A stretch of 64,000 bases of DNA from Ruminococcus sp. (GCF_019417665.1 NZ_DXUU01000004.1:11319-75318), one strand, 5' to 3'. Positions 49,401 through 59,718 are shown, counted from the stretch's first letter. Notes: generated by a model from the sequence alone, not told the origin. A program made the numbers and translations.

Positions 49401-49553
49401 ACGTAGGGGCGAGGGCTTGCTCCCATCGGGTTTATCTGAAACCTCCAGTACATAACAACATAAAGTTTTAGATGGGCGATATTGTAGGGGCGAACTGCGT
49501 TCGCCCGCATTTTTCGGTTGGTTTCGCTGCAAGCGTCCCACCGGGACGTTTGC
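49401..49553. repeat. Cluster of repeat family B copies and hairpins
   Basis: Degenerate copy acgtaggggcgagggcttgctccc (49401-49424). Full copy attgtaggggcgaactgcgttcgcccgca (49481-49509). An additional 11-bp hairpin gcaagcgtccc/gggacgtttgc (49529-49553). Confidence 0.65.
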
Positions 49554-49640
49554 AAAATTTTACTTGATGAAAAAGGTTCACAAAGGGGAAAGCAGTTTTG
49601 TTTTTACTGTTACGACGTAATAGAGCGATTTGCTATAATG

Positions 49641-50927
49641 TTACACCTTATCCAGCGCCTGTTCCAGATCTGCAATAATGTCCTCTACATTTTCCAATCC
49701 CACAGAGATCCGGATCAGACCGCCGTCAATACCGGCAGCAACCAGCTGTTCCTCCGTGAGCTGGCGATGGGTGGCAGAAGCCGGATGCAGTACACAAGTG
49801 CGGATATCCGCTACGTGTACCTCAATAGAAGCCAAACGGAGTGCATCCATAAAGCGGACTGCCGCTTCCCTGCCGCCTTTGATGGAGATGGAGATTACGC
49901 CGCTAGTTCCATCCGGGAGATACTTTTCCGCCAGAGCATGGCACGGATCATCCGGCAGACCCGGATAGGTCACAGATGCGATCTTATCAGACGACTTCAA
50001 CATCTTGGCAACTGCCATGGCATTTGCACAATACTGCCGCATCCGCACAGGCAATGTCTCCAATCCGAGGTTCAGCAAAAATGCGGAATTTGCTGCCGGA
50101 TAGCAGCCGAAGTCACGCATGAGCTGCATTCTCGCCTTGATGATATATGCCATTTTTCCGAAATCTCTGGTATAGACAACGCCGTGATAGCTTTCGTCCG
50201 GTTCGGTGAAATCCGGGAACTTCCCACTGGCAGCCCAATCAAAATTACCGCTGTCAACAATGACGCCGCCGCCTTGTACTGCATGGCCATCCATGTACTT
50301 GGTGGTGGAATGTACTACAATATCTGCGCCGAATTCAAAGGGACGGCAGAGCACCGGTGTGGCGAATGTATTGTCCACGATCAGCGGAATATGATTCCGG
50401 TGTGCAATTTTGGCAAACTTTTCAATATCAAACACTGTCAATGCGGGATTGGCAATGGTTTCGCCAAAAACCAGTCTGGTATTGGGCTGGATGGCTGCTT
50501 CGATCTCTTCTTCGCTGGCGTTGGGATCTACCCAGATACACTCAATGCCGAAGCGTTTCAAAGTTACACTAAATAGGTTTACCGTACCGCCGTAAATGGT
50601 GCTTACGGAAACCAGGCTGTCTCCGGCGCTGCACAGGTTCAGAACAGACAGCAGTGAAGCAGCCTGACCGCTGGTGGTGAGCATTGCACCAACACCGCCT
50701 TCCATTGCGGTGATTTTCTGCTCTACAGCATCACAGGTGGGGTTCGCAAACCGGGAATACATGGGTTCTGTAGGCATATCAAACAATGCTGCAACATGCT
50801 CTGTGGAATCAAAGCGATAGGTTGTGCTCTGTACAATGGGCATCACACCGGGGCCACCGTTTTCGGGAGTATATCCGGCATGGAGACATTTGGTTTCAAT
50901 TTTTGCATTTGGACTGCAAGGATACAT
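49641..50927 (-). CDS. metY: O-acetylhomoserine sulfhydrylase (Cys/Met-metabolism PLP enzyme)
   Basis: PLP-lysine motif VHSTTKYMDGH. ATG at 50927 follows AGGAGGA. Confidence 0.85.
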   Translation of the reverse strand: MYPCSPNAKIETKCLHAGYTPENGGPGVMPIVQSTTYRFDSTEHVAALFDMPTEPMYSRFANPTCDAVEQKITAMEGGVGAMLTTSGQAASLLSVLNLCSAGDSLVSVSTIYGGTVNLFSVTLKRFGIECIWVDPNASEEEIEAAIQPNTRLVFGETIANPALTVFDIEKFAKIAHRNHIPLIVDNTFATPVLCRPFEFGADIVVHSTTKYMDGHAVQGGGVIVDSGNFDWAASGKFPDFTEPDESYHGVVYTRDFGKMAYIIKARMQLMRDFGCYPAANSAFLLNLGLETLPVRMRQYCANAMAVAKMLKSSDKIASVTYPGLPDDPCHALAEKYLPDGTSGVISISIKGGREAAVRFMDALRLASIEVHVADIRTCVLHPASATHRQLTEEQLVAAGIDGGLIRISVGLENVEDIIADLEQALDKV

Positions 50928-51034
50928 GGTCAATTCCTCCTGAGTTATTTTAATAGTTCTATTATAGCATAAAAAATCATTTTCTGGTAGTGGGAATTTC
51001 AGATTGCTCCCCATAGATTTTTCCTATAGGGGGA

Positions 51035-51985
51035 TTATACTGTGGTATGTACCGTTTTCTTTTTCCAGATGCGTTCCAGGGCAAGTCCTGTCAGGAAAGC
51101 AAACACATCACCAAAAGTGGAGATAATGCGCATCGTCACAGCATAAAGCATAATGGTATCCGTGCTCATAAAGCTGCCGCACATGAGCACCATGACAGCC
51201 TCCCGGATGCCGATGCCGCCAGGAGCGCCGGGGGTGACGAAACCGATGATCCACGAGAACAGATATGTTCCCAGAAACAGCCCCATTTTTTCTGCCGGAA
51301 CGTCAAACATGAGGTATGCCGGCACAGCGTACATTGCGGTAGAGATGACGTATTGCGTCAGATAGAGCAAGAATACCACGAGGATTCGTGGGAGAATGCT
51401 GCGGCTCAGGAGTTTTCGATATTTTTCAAAGTATTTATGGAGCTGTTCCCGGAATTTCCAGCGCAGGATGACGATCGCCAGCACCAGTACCAGGATACCC
51501 ACGCCCAGAACGATCAGGAAATTTTTGCGGTAGGTCACGAACAATTCCAGCATATCCCGTCCCATGAGGACGACAATCAGCAAAAGAGGCGTGAGCATAC
51601 AGCAGATAATGTCCAGCATTGTGGCACACGCCACATCCACGTGGCTGATATGGAGGTCAGCGGCAAGCTGATTCCGTCCCACATATTGAAAGACGTTTCC
51701 GGGAACGTATTTCATCAGATTGGAACGTGTGTAGACCGGAAGGGCATCCCGGACGGGAATCTGGATGCCGGAGAGAATGCGGATGAACCGCAGCCACGGC
51801 ATGGTCATAAAGAGCACCATTGCCGCCTGAACCAGGGTGCAGCCGCAGATCATGGCAAGGGTCTTTCCGTGGGTGAACATAGACCAGTCCACATCCATGG
51901 TGACGATTTTTTTCACCACAAAGACCATGGCAATGACAGTGATGATCGTGCCGATGAGCTTATAGTATTTTTTGAGAAATCCCAT
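51035..51985 (-). CDS. Flippase-like membrane protein (UPF0104 / lysyl-PG synthase TM-region family)
   Basis: About 8 TM segments. Conserved TPGAPGGIGIREA motif. ATG at 51985. Confidence 0.65.
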   Translation of the reverse strand: MGFLKKYYKLIGTIITVIAMVFVVKKIVTMDVDWSMFTHGKTLAMICGCTLVQAAMVLFMTMPWLRFIRILSGIQIPVRDALPVYTRSNLMKYVPGNVFQYVGRNQLAADLHISHVDVACATMLDIICCMLTPLLLIVVLMGRDMLELFVTYRKNFLIVLGVGILVLVLAIVILRWKFREQLHKYFEKYRKLLSRSILPRILVVFLLYLTQYVISTAMYAVPAYLMFDVPAEKMGLFLGTYLFSWIIGFVTPGAPGGIGIREAVMVLMCGSFMSTDTIMLYAVTMRIISTFGDVFAFLTGLALERIWKKKTVHTTV

Positions 51986-52049
51986 GAAACGTCCTTTCTG
52001 CGGTGTTTGCCGCCGAGTGAAGTTATTGTTTATTGTAAATATTAAAAAA

Positions 52050-53129
52050 TCATTTAGCGAATCCGAAAATTCCACATAGCAATTTATAGGCTGTCATATA
52101 TCCTATTTTTTCGTCGACCATAGAAGCGGTTATCTGACACCATTGAGCAATACGATTTTCAGCAATTTCCTTTACGCCCCAATACTCACAAAGAGTTTCT
52201 TCGCTTGCTGTTAAAATTGTTTCAACAATTAAATCTCTGTTCTTTTTGATTCTTCCAAATGCGGCAGGCATTTTCTCAAAATTGCCATTGATAGTTCGTA
52301 TATCAACTTGACCGCCCGCAGAAAACTGGTCACGAATATTGGTATTGATAATTCCACAATTCGTTGCAAGCCATAGTGCATATCTCTGATATTTTTTACT
52401 ATTCCCACGACTTAATATTTCAGGGAATAGGGCATATCCTTGGACTGTAAAATATGTTTTTGCATCAGGAGAAAGAACGCTCCATAATTTTACTGTCGCA
52501 GGAACTTCACTTGATTCAACATCCGAATCTGAAGCCCACCAAAGACTTTCGCCTTCTTTTAATAGGCTTTTGTAATATTTAGATACAGGTGCAACGGGAT
52601 TATCCATTTTTCGTAAGGTGTCATAAGGGATTCCCATTTTATCAAAAATAGTTTCCCCTTGTTTCAATTCCATATCAATTTGATAACGAGGATAATGCGT
52701 AACCGATATTCCTGATAAGCATTCTTCATAAGGTCTGCTCTTAAATGCAATGGGCAAGCCTAATTTCCCAAATGTTAGATATATTCTTTCAACATTTTGA
52801 TTTCTTGTTGACTCAAGTATGCTACTTCCGATAGATTTCCAATGGTTTTTATTTGTGCTTTTTACCTCTACACCATAATATTTATTTGCGACAATGTCTG
52901 GAAAAGACGCACCTGATACTAATTGTATTGTCCCTTCGAATGGAGTATGAATTGCACATCGTTCCAACGCATCATAAACATCTTCTTCGAGATCTGTGCC
53001 ATTTCTTTTGGAATAATATTTCTCACGACCGACAGCTTCTTTGTTCAATAATTCATCTGTTGCAGTCATCAATTTACGAAATTCTTCAATAGGTGGTTTT
53101 CTATTCTCAGATATTATCATTCTTTTCAT
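52050..53129 (-). CDS. Candidate type II restriction endonuclease (PD-(D/E)XK)
   Basis: SGASFPDIVANKYYGVEVKSTNK gives P-D...(10 aa)...E-V-K. Overlaps the 3' end of the m5C methyltransferase gene. The track start at 53171 is TTG. ATG codons lie at 53129 and 53120. Confidence 0.6.
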   Translation of the reverse strand: MKRMIISENRKPPIEEFRKLMTATDELLNKEAVGREKYYSKRNGTDLEEDVYDALERCAIHTPFEGTIQLVSGASFPDIVANKYYGVEVKSTNKNHWKSIGSSILESTRNQNVERIYLTFGKLGLPIAFKSRPYEECLSGISVTHYPRYQIDMELKQGETIFDKMGIPYDTLRKMDNPVAPVSKYYKSLLKEGESLWWASDSDVESSEVPATVKLWSVLSPDAKTYFTVQGYALFPEILSRGNSKKYQRYALWLATNCGIINTNIRDQFSAGGQVDIRTINGNFEKMPAAFGRIKKNRDLIVETILTASEETLCEYWGVKEIAENRIAQWCQITASMVDEKIGYMTAYKLLCGIFGFAK

Positions 53130-54564
53130 CTCCAAAATATAATGTCCAATTTTTTTCAATTTGTTTTGCAATATTATATGCTAAAAGTGGTGGCACAGCA
53201 TTTCCGATTATCTTATAGGCATCGGAAGCAGATACTCCCTTTTTACCGTTTCTTGACGGTATAATAAAATCATAATCATCAGGAAATGTTTGTATTCTTG
53301 CACACTCACGGATTGTTAGACGGCGTTCTTTTAAACCATTTTCTAATTCTTTTTTATGCTTTCCACCGTGTTCTTCACTTAATCTGCGAAATTCAATATT
53401 TCCGTGATGTTCCGAACGAATTGTCGGGGAGATACTGTCCAAATTCACCTCGTTTTGTCCTTGACAATGTTTCCCCATAAATTTTGCTTTTGAATACCTC
53501 TGCTGTGATAAATCATCCGTTTCATTAGGTTCTTCCAATCCGTAAAACGCCTGGATGAGATTTGTCGGCGGTAATAGGTCTTTCCCCTGAACATTATATG
53601 CGTGTGTAGCCGGCGGATAGGGGTCATATTCAGGAGGAATGTTTGAAGATGATAACGCTATTTTCGCTTCTTCTGTGAGTTCCGATTTCTTAAACCCTAT
53701 AAAAAACACGCGTTCTCTTGATTGTGGCACCCCATAGTTTGCAGCGTGTAAAACTCTTGCACTTACAACCAAATACCCATTGTCTGAAACCGTACGGAAA
53801 TCATTTTCAATAATTTCTTTTGCATCCGCTAAATTGGTAAGACCTTTAACATTTTCCGCTATAAATACCTTTGGCTCTGTAATAGCAATTACAGCACGCA
53901 TCCACATATAAAGTTGTCCTCTGCTTTCACCGCTCGGAACTGAATTGTCAAGAATCTTACTTCCTGTATGACTTTTATCAGAATCAAAACCTAATCTTTT
54001 GCCTGCAACAGAAAAATCCTGGCAAGGAAATCCTCCGGTTACAACATCGACATTTTTTGGGAAAACATTGATACCGTTTTCTTTATGAAGTTTAACCAAA
54101 TCAACAATACTATCTAAACAGTATGTGCTCTCACTTATTCCTTTTTTTGAAAAATAGGCTGTCCAAGCAGTTCTAGCGTCTTCTCTAATGTCATTTGCAA
54201 ATATACTATGAAATCTTGTTTTTGAAAGATGCGTCCACATTGGATTGGTATTTGATGGGATACCCCAATCAGGGTGTATTTTTGTATTCACAGAAGCGGA
54301 AAGCACATCAAAATCACCCTCAAAACCCAAATCCATTCCACCACACCCTGAGAATAGTGACAGAACATTTAGAGTTGACAATCTTTTTTCATTTGCTTTT
54401 AATTTCTTTTGCTTTGTGGGTTTTTGAGTGCTATACGGAATAAACCATACACCTGCTTGTTTTATTGCGCCTGCAATTCTATTTTCATTACATAAAACCT
54501 GAATACGACGAGGAGTTATAGCCCATTTATCTGCCGCCTCTTTAACAGTTATAAAATCCGTCAT
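53107..54564 (-). CDS. DNA (cytosine-5)-methyltransferase with an N-terminal helix-turn-helix domain
   Basis: Motif I LSLFSGCGGMDLGF, IV GGFPCQDFS, VI ENVKGL, VIII QSRERVFFIGF, IX RRLTIRECARIQTFPDDY, X GNAVPPLLA. N-terminal MTDFITVKEAADKWAITPRRIQVLCNENRIAGA (excisionase/MerR-like HTH). ATG at 54564 follows AAGGAG. Confidence 0.9.
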   Translation of the reverse strand: MTDFITVKEAADKWAITPRRIQVLCNENRIAGAIKQAGVWFIPYSTQKPTKQKKLKANEKRLSTLNVLSLFSGCGGMDLGFEGDFDVLSASVNTKIHPDWGIPSNTNPMWTHLSKTRFHSIFANDIREDARTAWTAYFSKKGISESTYCLDSIVDLVKLHKENGINVFPKNVDVVTGGFPCQDFSVAGKRLGFDSDKSHTGSKILDNSVPSGESRGQLYMWMRAVIAITEPKVFIAENVKGLTNLADAKEIIENDFRTVSDNGYLVVSARVLHAANYGVPQSRERVFFIGFKKSELTEEAKIALSSSNIPPEYDPYPPATHAYNVQGKDLLPPTNLIQAFYGLEEPNETDDLSQQRYSKAKFMGKHCQGQNEVNLDSISPTIRSEHHGNIEFRRLSEEHGGKHKKELENGLKERRLTIRECARIQTFPDDYDFIIPSRNGKKGVSASDAYKIIGNAVPPLLAYNIAKQIEKNWTLYFGDEKNDNI

Positions 54565-54598
54565 TTCAACATTGCTCCTTATAAATAGGTATAGTATT

Positions 54599-54627
54599 AT
54601 TATATTCGTTTTGGCGAATATTTTCAA
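54599..54627 (-). promoter_or_regulatory. Sigma-A promoter of the methyltransferase gene
   Basis: Minus strand reads TTGAAA (54622-54627), a 17-nt spacer, then TATAAT (54599-54604). Confidence 0.55.
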
Positions 54628-54671
54628 TAGGCAATTTGTAAACTCTGGAGAACTTTATATTTTAAAACAAC

Positions 54672-54764
54672 ACCGTTGACGCCAATGACGCTTATTACAT
54701 CCTGCTGTACTACGCAAAGAAATCTGTGGGTCAGGAAGTTTCCTGGGCGGAACTTTTCAACTGA
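54672..54764 (+). pseudogene. 3' remnant of an LRR-dockerin gene (last 30 codons plus stop)
   Basis: Translates to TVDANDAYYILLYYAKKSVGQEVSWAELFN*. Nucleotide-level similarity to 57709-57801. No upstream coding sequence (in-frame TAA at 54663-54665). Confidence 0.8.
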
Positions 54765-54786
54765 ACCCCTGTTTCATAAAGATCCC

Positions 54787-54820
54787 AAACCGGAGCGACA
54801 CTGACCGTTCCGGTTTTTTG
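54787..54820 (+). terminator. Terminator retained downstream of the dockerin remnant
   Basis: Stem accgga.../...tccggt followed by tttttt. Same design as 36146-36178. Confidence 0.65.
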
Positions 54821-54892
54821 CTGTCCATCTGCAAGAAATGGTGCATTCCTGCATAGAATAAAGACAGATCATCAGAACAGGAGGCATTCTCT

Positions 54893-56725
54893 ATGTGTGG
54901 AATCACCGGCATGGTGCATATGGAACAGGATTTGCGGAAACAAGAGACATTGCTGCGGCAAATGCAGACAACGTTAAACCGACGGGGTCCCGATCAGGAG
55001 GGCATTTTTCTGGAGGAACACTGCGCATTGGCGCATACACGTCTTGCAGTCATTGACGTGGAACATGGCAGACAGCCTATGGAAACTACCGTCAGCGGCG
55101 AGACCTATACCATCGTCTACAACGGCGAGCTGTACAATACTCCGGAATTGCGTGGGCAGCTGGAACGGGAAGGTGTACAGTTCCAGACCCATTGCGACAC
55201 CGAAGTGATCTTGCAATCTTACGCCAACTGGGGGCCTCGGTGCGTGGAACAATTCAACGGCATTTTTGCCTTTGCCATCTGGGAACACCACGCCCAGCGG
55301 CTCTTTCTGGCGAGAGACCGCATCGGCGTAAAACCGCTGTTTTATGCGGAAATTCCGGGTGGTCTGGTGTTTGGCTCTGAAATCAAGGCACTTCTGAAAC
55401 ATCCAGACGTGCCCCACGAGATCGACAAGACCGGTATTTCTGAGCTGCTCCTTATGGGACCGGGACGCACGCCGGGTTATGGTGTATTCCGCACAGTGCG
55501 GGAGGTGAAGCCGGCGCATTGCGGCTATTATATGCAGGGTACACTGCATCTGCACCCTTACTGGGAACTCCACGCCGCTGTCCATACGGAATCCTTTTCT
55601 CAGACGGCGGAGCATGTCCGGGAGCTTGTCACCGATGCTGTCCGGCGGCAGCTGGTGTCCGATGTACCCATCGGTACGTTCCTTTCCGGTGGATTGGATT
55701 CCAGTCTGCTTTCGTCACTGGCGTGCCGGGAACTGCATAGCCGTGGGGAAGAACTGCATACCTTTTCCGTGGACTATCGGGACAATGACCGTTATTTTCA
55801 AAAAAGCCACTTCCAGCCTACCAGCGACCCTACCTATATCCGCTGTATGGAACGATATCTGGGCAGTCAGCACCACTGGACGGTGTTGGATACGCCGGCG
55901 CTGGCGGAGGCACTTTCTGCGGCAGTGGAGGCAAGAGATCTGCCGGGCATGGTGGATGTGGACAGCTCGCTGCTGCTGTTCTGCCGGGAGATACGTCAGG
56001 AAGTTACCGTTGCCCTTTCCGGGGAATGCGCAGACGAATTGTTCGGAGGGTATCCCTGGTATCGTGACCCAGATGTGCGCCGTGTGAATGGTTTCCCCTG
56101 GGCGCAGAGCACCGCCTATCGCAGTCAGTTTCTGCGCCCGGAGTTTGCGGCGGAGATCGACGCCCAGCAATATGTGCAGGATGCCTATGAACGTACCATT
56201 GCTTCGGCGGAAAAGTTGCCGGACGATTCGCCTCTGGAGGCACGGATGCGGGAGATGATGAAGATGAACCTGGATTGGTTTATGCAGACGCTGCTGGATC
56301 GGAAAGACCGCATGAGCATGTACAGCGCATTGGAGGTGCGTGTACCCTTCTGCGATTATCGTATTGCGGAGTATCTGTATAATGTGCCCTGGGAGTATAA
56401 GGACTGGAATGGCTATGAGAAGGGCTTGCTGCGGACTGCCATGCAGGATGCCCTGCCCCCGGAGGTGCTCTGGCGGAAGAAAAGCCCATACCCCAAGACC
56501 CACAACCCCAGCTATCTGGCAGCGGTGTCCCATATGCTGGAAGAGGTGGTGCGTGATCCCCAGTCTCCGGTATTACAGCTGGTGCGCAAGGATATGCTGG
56601 GGCATCTGCTGGAGAGCGAGGAGTCGGTGCAGTGGTATGGCCAGCTCATGACACGGCCGCAGATTATGGCGTATTTTGTGCAGATGAATGATTGGATGCT
56701 GCGATATCAGGTGAAGATTGTATGA
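54893..56725 (+). CDS. asnB: Asparagine synthase (glutamine-hydrolysing)
   Basis: N-terminal MCGITG nucleophile. PP-loop FLSGGLDSS. Confidence 0.9.
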   Translation: MCGITGMVHMEQDLRKQETLLRQMQTTLNRRGPDQEGIFLEEHCALAHTRLAVIDVEHGRQPMETTVSGETYTIVYNGELYNTPELRGQLEREGVQFQTHCDTEVILQSYANWGPRCVEQFNGIFAFAIWEHHAQRLFLARDRIGVKPLFYAEIPGGLVFGSEIKALLKHPDVPHEIDKTGISELLLMGPGRTPGYGVFRTVREVKPAHCGYYMQGTLHLHPYWELHAAVHTESFSQTAEHVRELVTDAVRRQLVSDVPIGTFLSGGLDSSLLSSLACRELHSRGEELHTFSVDYRDNDRYFQKSHFQPTSDPTYIRCMERYLGSQHHWTVLDTPALAEALSAAVEARDLPGMVDVDSSLLLFCREIRQEVTVALSGECADELFGGYPWYRDPDVRRVNGFPWAQSTAYRSQFLRPEFAAEIDAQQYVQDAYERTIASAEKLPDDSPLEARMREMMKMNLDWFMQTLLDRKDRMSMYSALEVRVPFCDYRIAEYLYNVPWEYKDWNGYEKGLLRTAMQDALPPEVLWRKKSPYPKTHNPSYLAAVSHMLEEVVRDPQSPVLQLVRKDMLGHLLESEESVQWYGQLMTRPQIMAYFVQMNDWMLRYQVKIV

Positions 56726-56850
56726 ATAAACGGTGCGCATTCTTTTGGGGTGCGCACCATTTTTGTGAAAATTTCTGCAATGAGATTGCAATTGTTCTGG
56801 ATTTATGGTATAATATGAAAAATACGTCCGAAAAAAGGAGGATTCAAAAG

Positions 56851-57801
56851 ATGAGGATGTGGAAAAAGATTTGTGCGGTGATGACGGCAGGGACGATTTG
56901 TGCCATGAGTTTACCGTGGACGGTCAGTGCGAAGGATTATACTTATGGTGATTTGACGTATACCGTGTTCGAGGGTGGAACTGTGGAGATCACGGACTGC
57001 AATGAAAGTGCGACGGAAGTAGAGATCCCGGCGGAGATTGATGGGATGGCGGTGACCAGTATTGGGAAGGAAACGTTTTCTGAGTGTACCAGTTTGACTG
57101 ATATCACGATTCCGGACAGCGTGACTAGCATTGGATGGAGTGCGTTTTCTGGTTGCACCAGTTTGACTGAGATTACCATTCCGGATAGTGTGACAAGCAT
57201 TGCAGGGCGTACATTTTTGGGGTGTAACAGTTTGACCCAGATTACCATTCTGGATAGTGTGACAATCATTGGAAGCTATGCGTTTACTGGTTGCACCAGT
57301 TTGACTGAGATTACCATTCCGGATAGTATGATCAGCATTGAACATGGTGCGTTTGGTAGTTGTACCAGTTTGACTGAGGTTATTATTCCAGATAGCGTGA
57401 TCGGTATTGGATGGAGTGCGTTTGGTAATTGTACCAGTTTAACTGATGTTTATTACAGCGGTACAGAAGAAGAGTGGAATGCAATTGAATTATTTACTTC
57501 AGGAAATGACTATCTCCTGAACGCTACCATTCACTTCAACAGTACATCATTCGAAATCACCCCGTCCACCGGCGACATCGACGGCGACAACACAGTTGAC
57601 GCAAACGATGCTTACTTCTGCCTCCTCGCCTATGCGAAAATGTCTGTGGGCAGCAGATCCGGTCTGACCGATGCACAAATTCAGGCGGCAGATGTGAACG
57701 ACGACGGAACAGTCGATGCCAATGACGCTTACTATATCCTGCTGTACTACGCAAAGAAATCTGTGGGTCAGGATGTTTCCTGGGCTGAACTCCTCGGCTG
57801 A
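56851..57801 (+). CDS. BspA-type LRR protein with an intact C-terminal dockerin
   Basis: Signal peptide ...WTVSA|KD. Repeats ITIPDSVTSIGxxAFxGCTSLTE. Dockerin GDIDGDNTVDANDAYFCLLAYAKMSV...ADVNDDGTVDANDAYYILLYYAKKSVG. ATG at 56851 follows AAGGAGG. Confidence 0.9.
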   Translation: MRMWKKICAVMTAGTICAMSLPWTVSAKDYTYGDLTYTVFEGGTVEITDCNESATEVEIPAEIDGMAVTSIGKETFSECTSLTDITIPDSVTSIGWSAFSGCTSLTEITIPDSVTSIAGRTFLGCNSLTQITILDSVTIIGSYAFTGCTSLTEITIPDSMISIEHGAFGSCTSLTEVIIPDSVIGIGWSAFGNCTSLTDVYYSGTEEEWNAIELFTSGNDYLLNATIHFNSTSFEITPSTGDIDGDNTVDANDAYFCLLAYAKMSVGSRSGLTDAQIQAADVNDDGTVDANDAYYILLYYAKKSVGQDVSWAELLG

Positions 57802-57823
57802 ATCAGAACAAACTCATAAAAAT

Positions 57824-57866
57824 AACCCCATGTGCAATCTGAACTGCACACGGGGTTTTTGTTTTG
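57824..57866. terminator. Bidirectional terminator between the LRR gene and ftsH copy 2
   Basis: Stem ccccatgtgca/tgcacacgggg flanked by an A-run and a T-run. Confidence 0.65.
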
Positions 57867-57873
57867 CTTGTAA

Positions 57874-59718
57874 TTACGACGGCTGCTCTGCTTCGATCAT
57901 GGGACGGTTCAGAATCTGCATGAACTCGTCTCCGGTGATGGTCTCGTGCTCGTAGAGATATTTTGCGATCTCGTGGAGCTTTCCCTGATTCGACTGGAGC
58001 ATCTGCATGGCACGGTCGTACTGGGTCTGAATGATTTCCGTGACCTTCTTGTCGATCTTCGTCTGGGTCTCCATGGAACAGGTGAGACTTGCGTCACCGC
58101 CCAGATACTGGCTCTGTACCGTTTCCATTGCCACCATGCCGAATTCTTCGCTCATACCGAAGCGGCTCACCATAGAGCGTGCCAGCTTCGTTGCCTGTTC
58201 AATGTCGTTGGAGGCACCGGTTGTGATCTCGTGGAATATCAATTCCTCTGCGGCACGTCCGCCGGTAAGAGTGGCGATCTTGTTTTCCATTTCCGTTTTT
58301 GTCATGAGGAAATGCTCGCCCTCGTCCACCTGCATGGTATATCCCAGTGCGCCGGATGTCCGGGGAATAATGGTGATCTTCTGTACCGGTGCGGACTGGG
58401 ACTGCATTGCTGCAACCAGGGCATGTCCTACCTCGTGGTAGGAAACGGTGAGTTTCTCCTTGTTGGAGAGTACCCGGTTTTTCTTCTGATATCCGGCAAT
58501 GACCACTTCCACGCTCTCCATGAGATCTTCCTGTGTGGCACAGGATCTTCCCAGCCGGACGGCACGCAGTGCAGCTTCGTTAATGATATTCGCAAGCTCC
58601 GCACCGGATGCGCCGGCGGCTGTTCGGGCAATGGCAGAAAAGTCCACATTGCCGGCCAGCTTGATTTTCTTCGCATGGACTTTTAAAATGTCAATGCGCC
58701 CCTGGAGATCGGGCAGCTCTACGGGGATCCGCCGGTCAAATCGTCCCGGACGCAGCAGCGCCGGATCCAGAGACTCCGGACGGTTGGTGGCGGCAAGAAT
58801 GACAACGCCCTTGGAACCGTCGAAACCGTCCATTTCCGTGAGCAGCTGGTTCAGGGTCTGTTCCCGTTCATCGTTGCCGCCCATCTGTCCGCCGTCACGC
58901 TTTTTGCCGATGGTGTCGATCTCGTCGATAAAGACGATACATGGCGCTTTTTCGTTTGCCTGCTTGAACAGGTCACGAACCTTTGCCGCACCCATGCCGA
59001 CGAACATCTCTACGAATTCCGAACCGGAAATGGAGAAAAAGGGTACGCTTGCTTCACCGGCAACTGCCTTTGCCAATAAAGTTTTACCAGTTCCGGGAGG
59101 GCCTACCAGCAGTGCACCTTTCGGCATGGATGCGCCGATCTCCTTGTAGCGTTCCGGTTTGTGAAGATAGTCCACGATCTCGGCGAGCAGTTCCTTGGCC
59201 TCTTCTTCACCGGCGACATCCTGGAATTTAATACCTGTGGTGGACTTCACATAGACTTTGGCGTTGCTCTTGCCCATGCCGAACATCATGGAACCATCGC
59301 CGCCGCCCATGCGCTCTGTCATTTTCTTGCTGAAGAAGCGGAATATCAAGAGCATCAGGGCGATGGGCAGAACATAGCTGACCAAAATGTAAAGCAGAGG
59401 ATTGGTGCCGCTGTCGATCTCTGACTTGAATTCCGCACCAGATTTGTAAAGGCGGTCGATGAGATCCGGATCATTCAAGGTGCCAGTGCGGTAAATATGT
59501 TTTTCGTCCTTATCTGTAAAGGTAATCTGGTTGGATTCGATTTGTACAGAACCGATCTCCTTATCTTCTGTCATGCTGATAAAAGTGTCATAACCAACTT
59601 CTTCTATCTTGCGGTTGAACAGATTCGGAAATACAAACGCCTGTAATAGCATAAATACGCAGAGGGCGATGATCCAGTAGGAGATCAATGGCTTCCGTGG
59701 TTTCTTTTGTTCTTCCAT
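57874..59718 (-). CDS. ftsH: ATP-dependent zinc metalloprotease FtsH (copy 2)
   Basis: [25 protein letters not shown] at 59718 lies 7 nt after AGGAG. Confidence 0.9.
   Translation of the reverse strand: MEEQKKPRKPLISYWIIALCVFMLLQAFVFPNLFNRKIEEVGYDTFISMTEDKEIGSVQIESNQITFTDKDEKHIYRTGTLNDPDLIDRLYKSGAEFKSEIDSGTNPLLYILVSYVLPIALMLLIFRFFSKKMTERMGGGDGSMMFGMGKSNAKVYVKSTTGIKFQDVAGEEEAKELLAEIVDYLHKPERYKEIGASMPKGALLVGPPGTGKTLLAKAVAGEASVPFFSISGSEFVEMFVGMGAAKVRDLFKQANEKAPCIVFIDEIDTIGKKRDGGQMGGNDEREQTLNQLLTEMDGFDGSKGVVILAATNRPESLDPALLRPGRFDRRIPVELPDLQGRIDILKVHAKKIKLAGNVDFSAIARTAAGASGAELANIINEAALRAVRLGRSCATQEDLMESVEVVIAGYQKKNRVLSNKEKLTVSYHEVGHALVAAMQSQSAPVQKITIIPRTSGALGYTMQVDEGEHFLMTKTEMENKIATLTGGRAAEELIFHEITTGASNDIEQATKLARSMVSRFGMSEEFGMVAMETVQSQYLGGDASLTCSMETQTKIDKKVTEIIQTQYDRAMQMLQSNQGKLHEIAKYLYEHETITGDEFMQILNRPMIEAEQPS

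Larger units (their letters stand above)
52045..54665. mobile_element. Lower-GC type II restriction-modification gene cassette (genomic islet without a mobility gene)
   Basis: Hand counts on six 60-nt lines inside gave 30-48% G+C, against 52% on one flanking line on each side. Two overlapping minus-strand genes. The right junction abuts a truncated dockerin gene. Confidence 0.65.

Noticed and set aside
50928-51034. Possible SAM (S-box) riboswitch or T-box upstream of the metY-like gene
   Set aside because: The spacer is only about 105 nt. It contains a promoter-like tgcTATAAT and an RBS, and none of the conserved S-box or T-box sequence elements.
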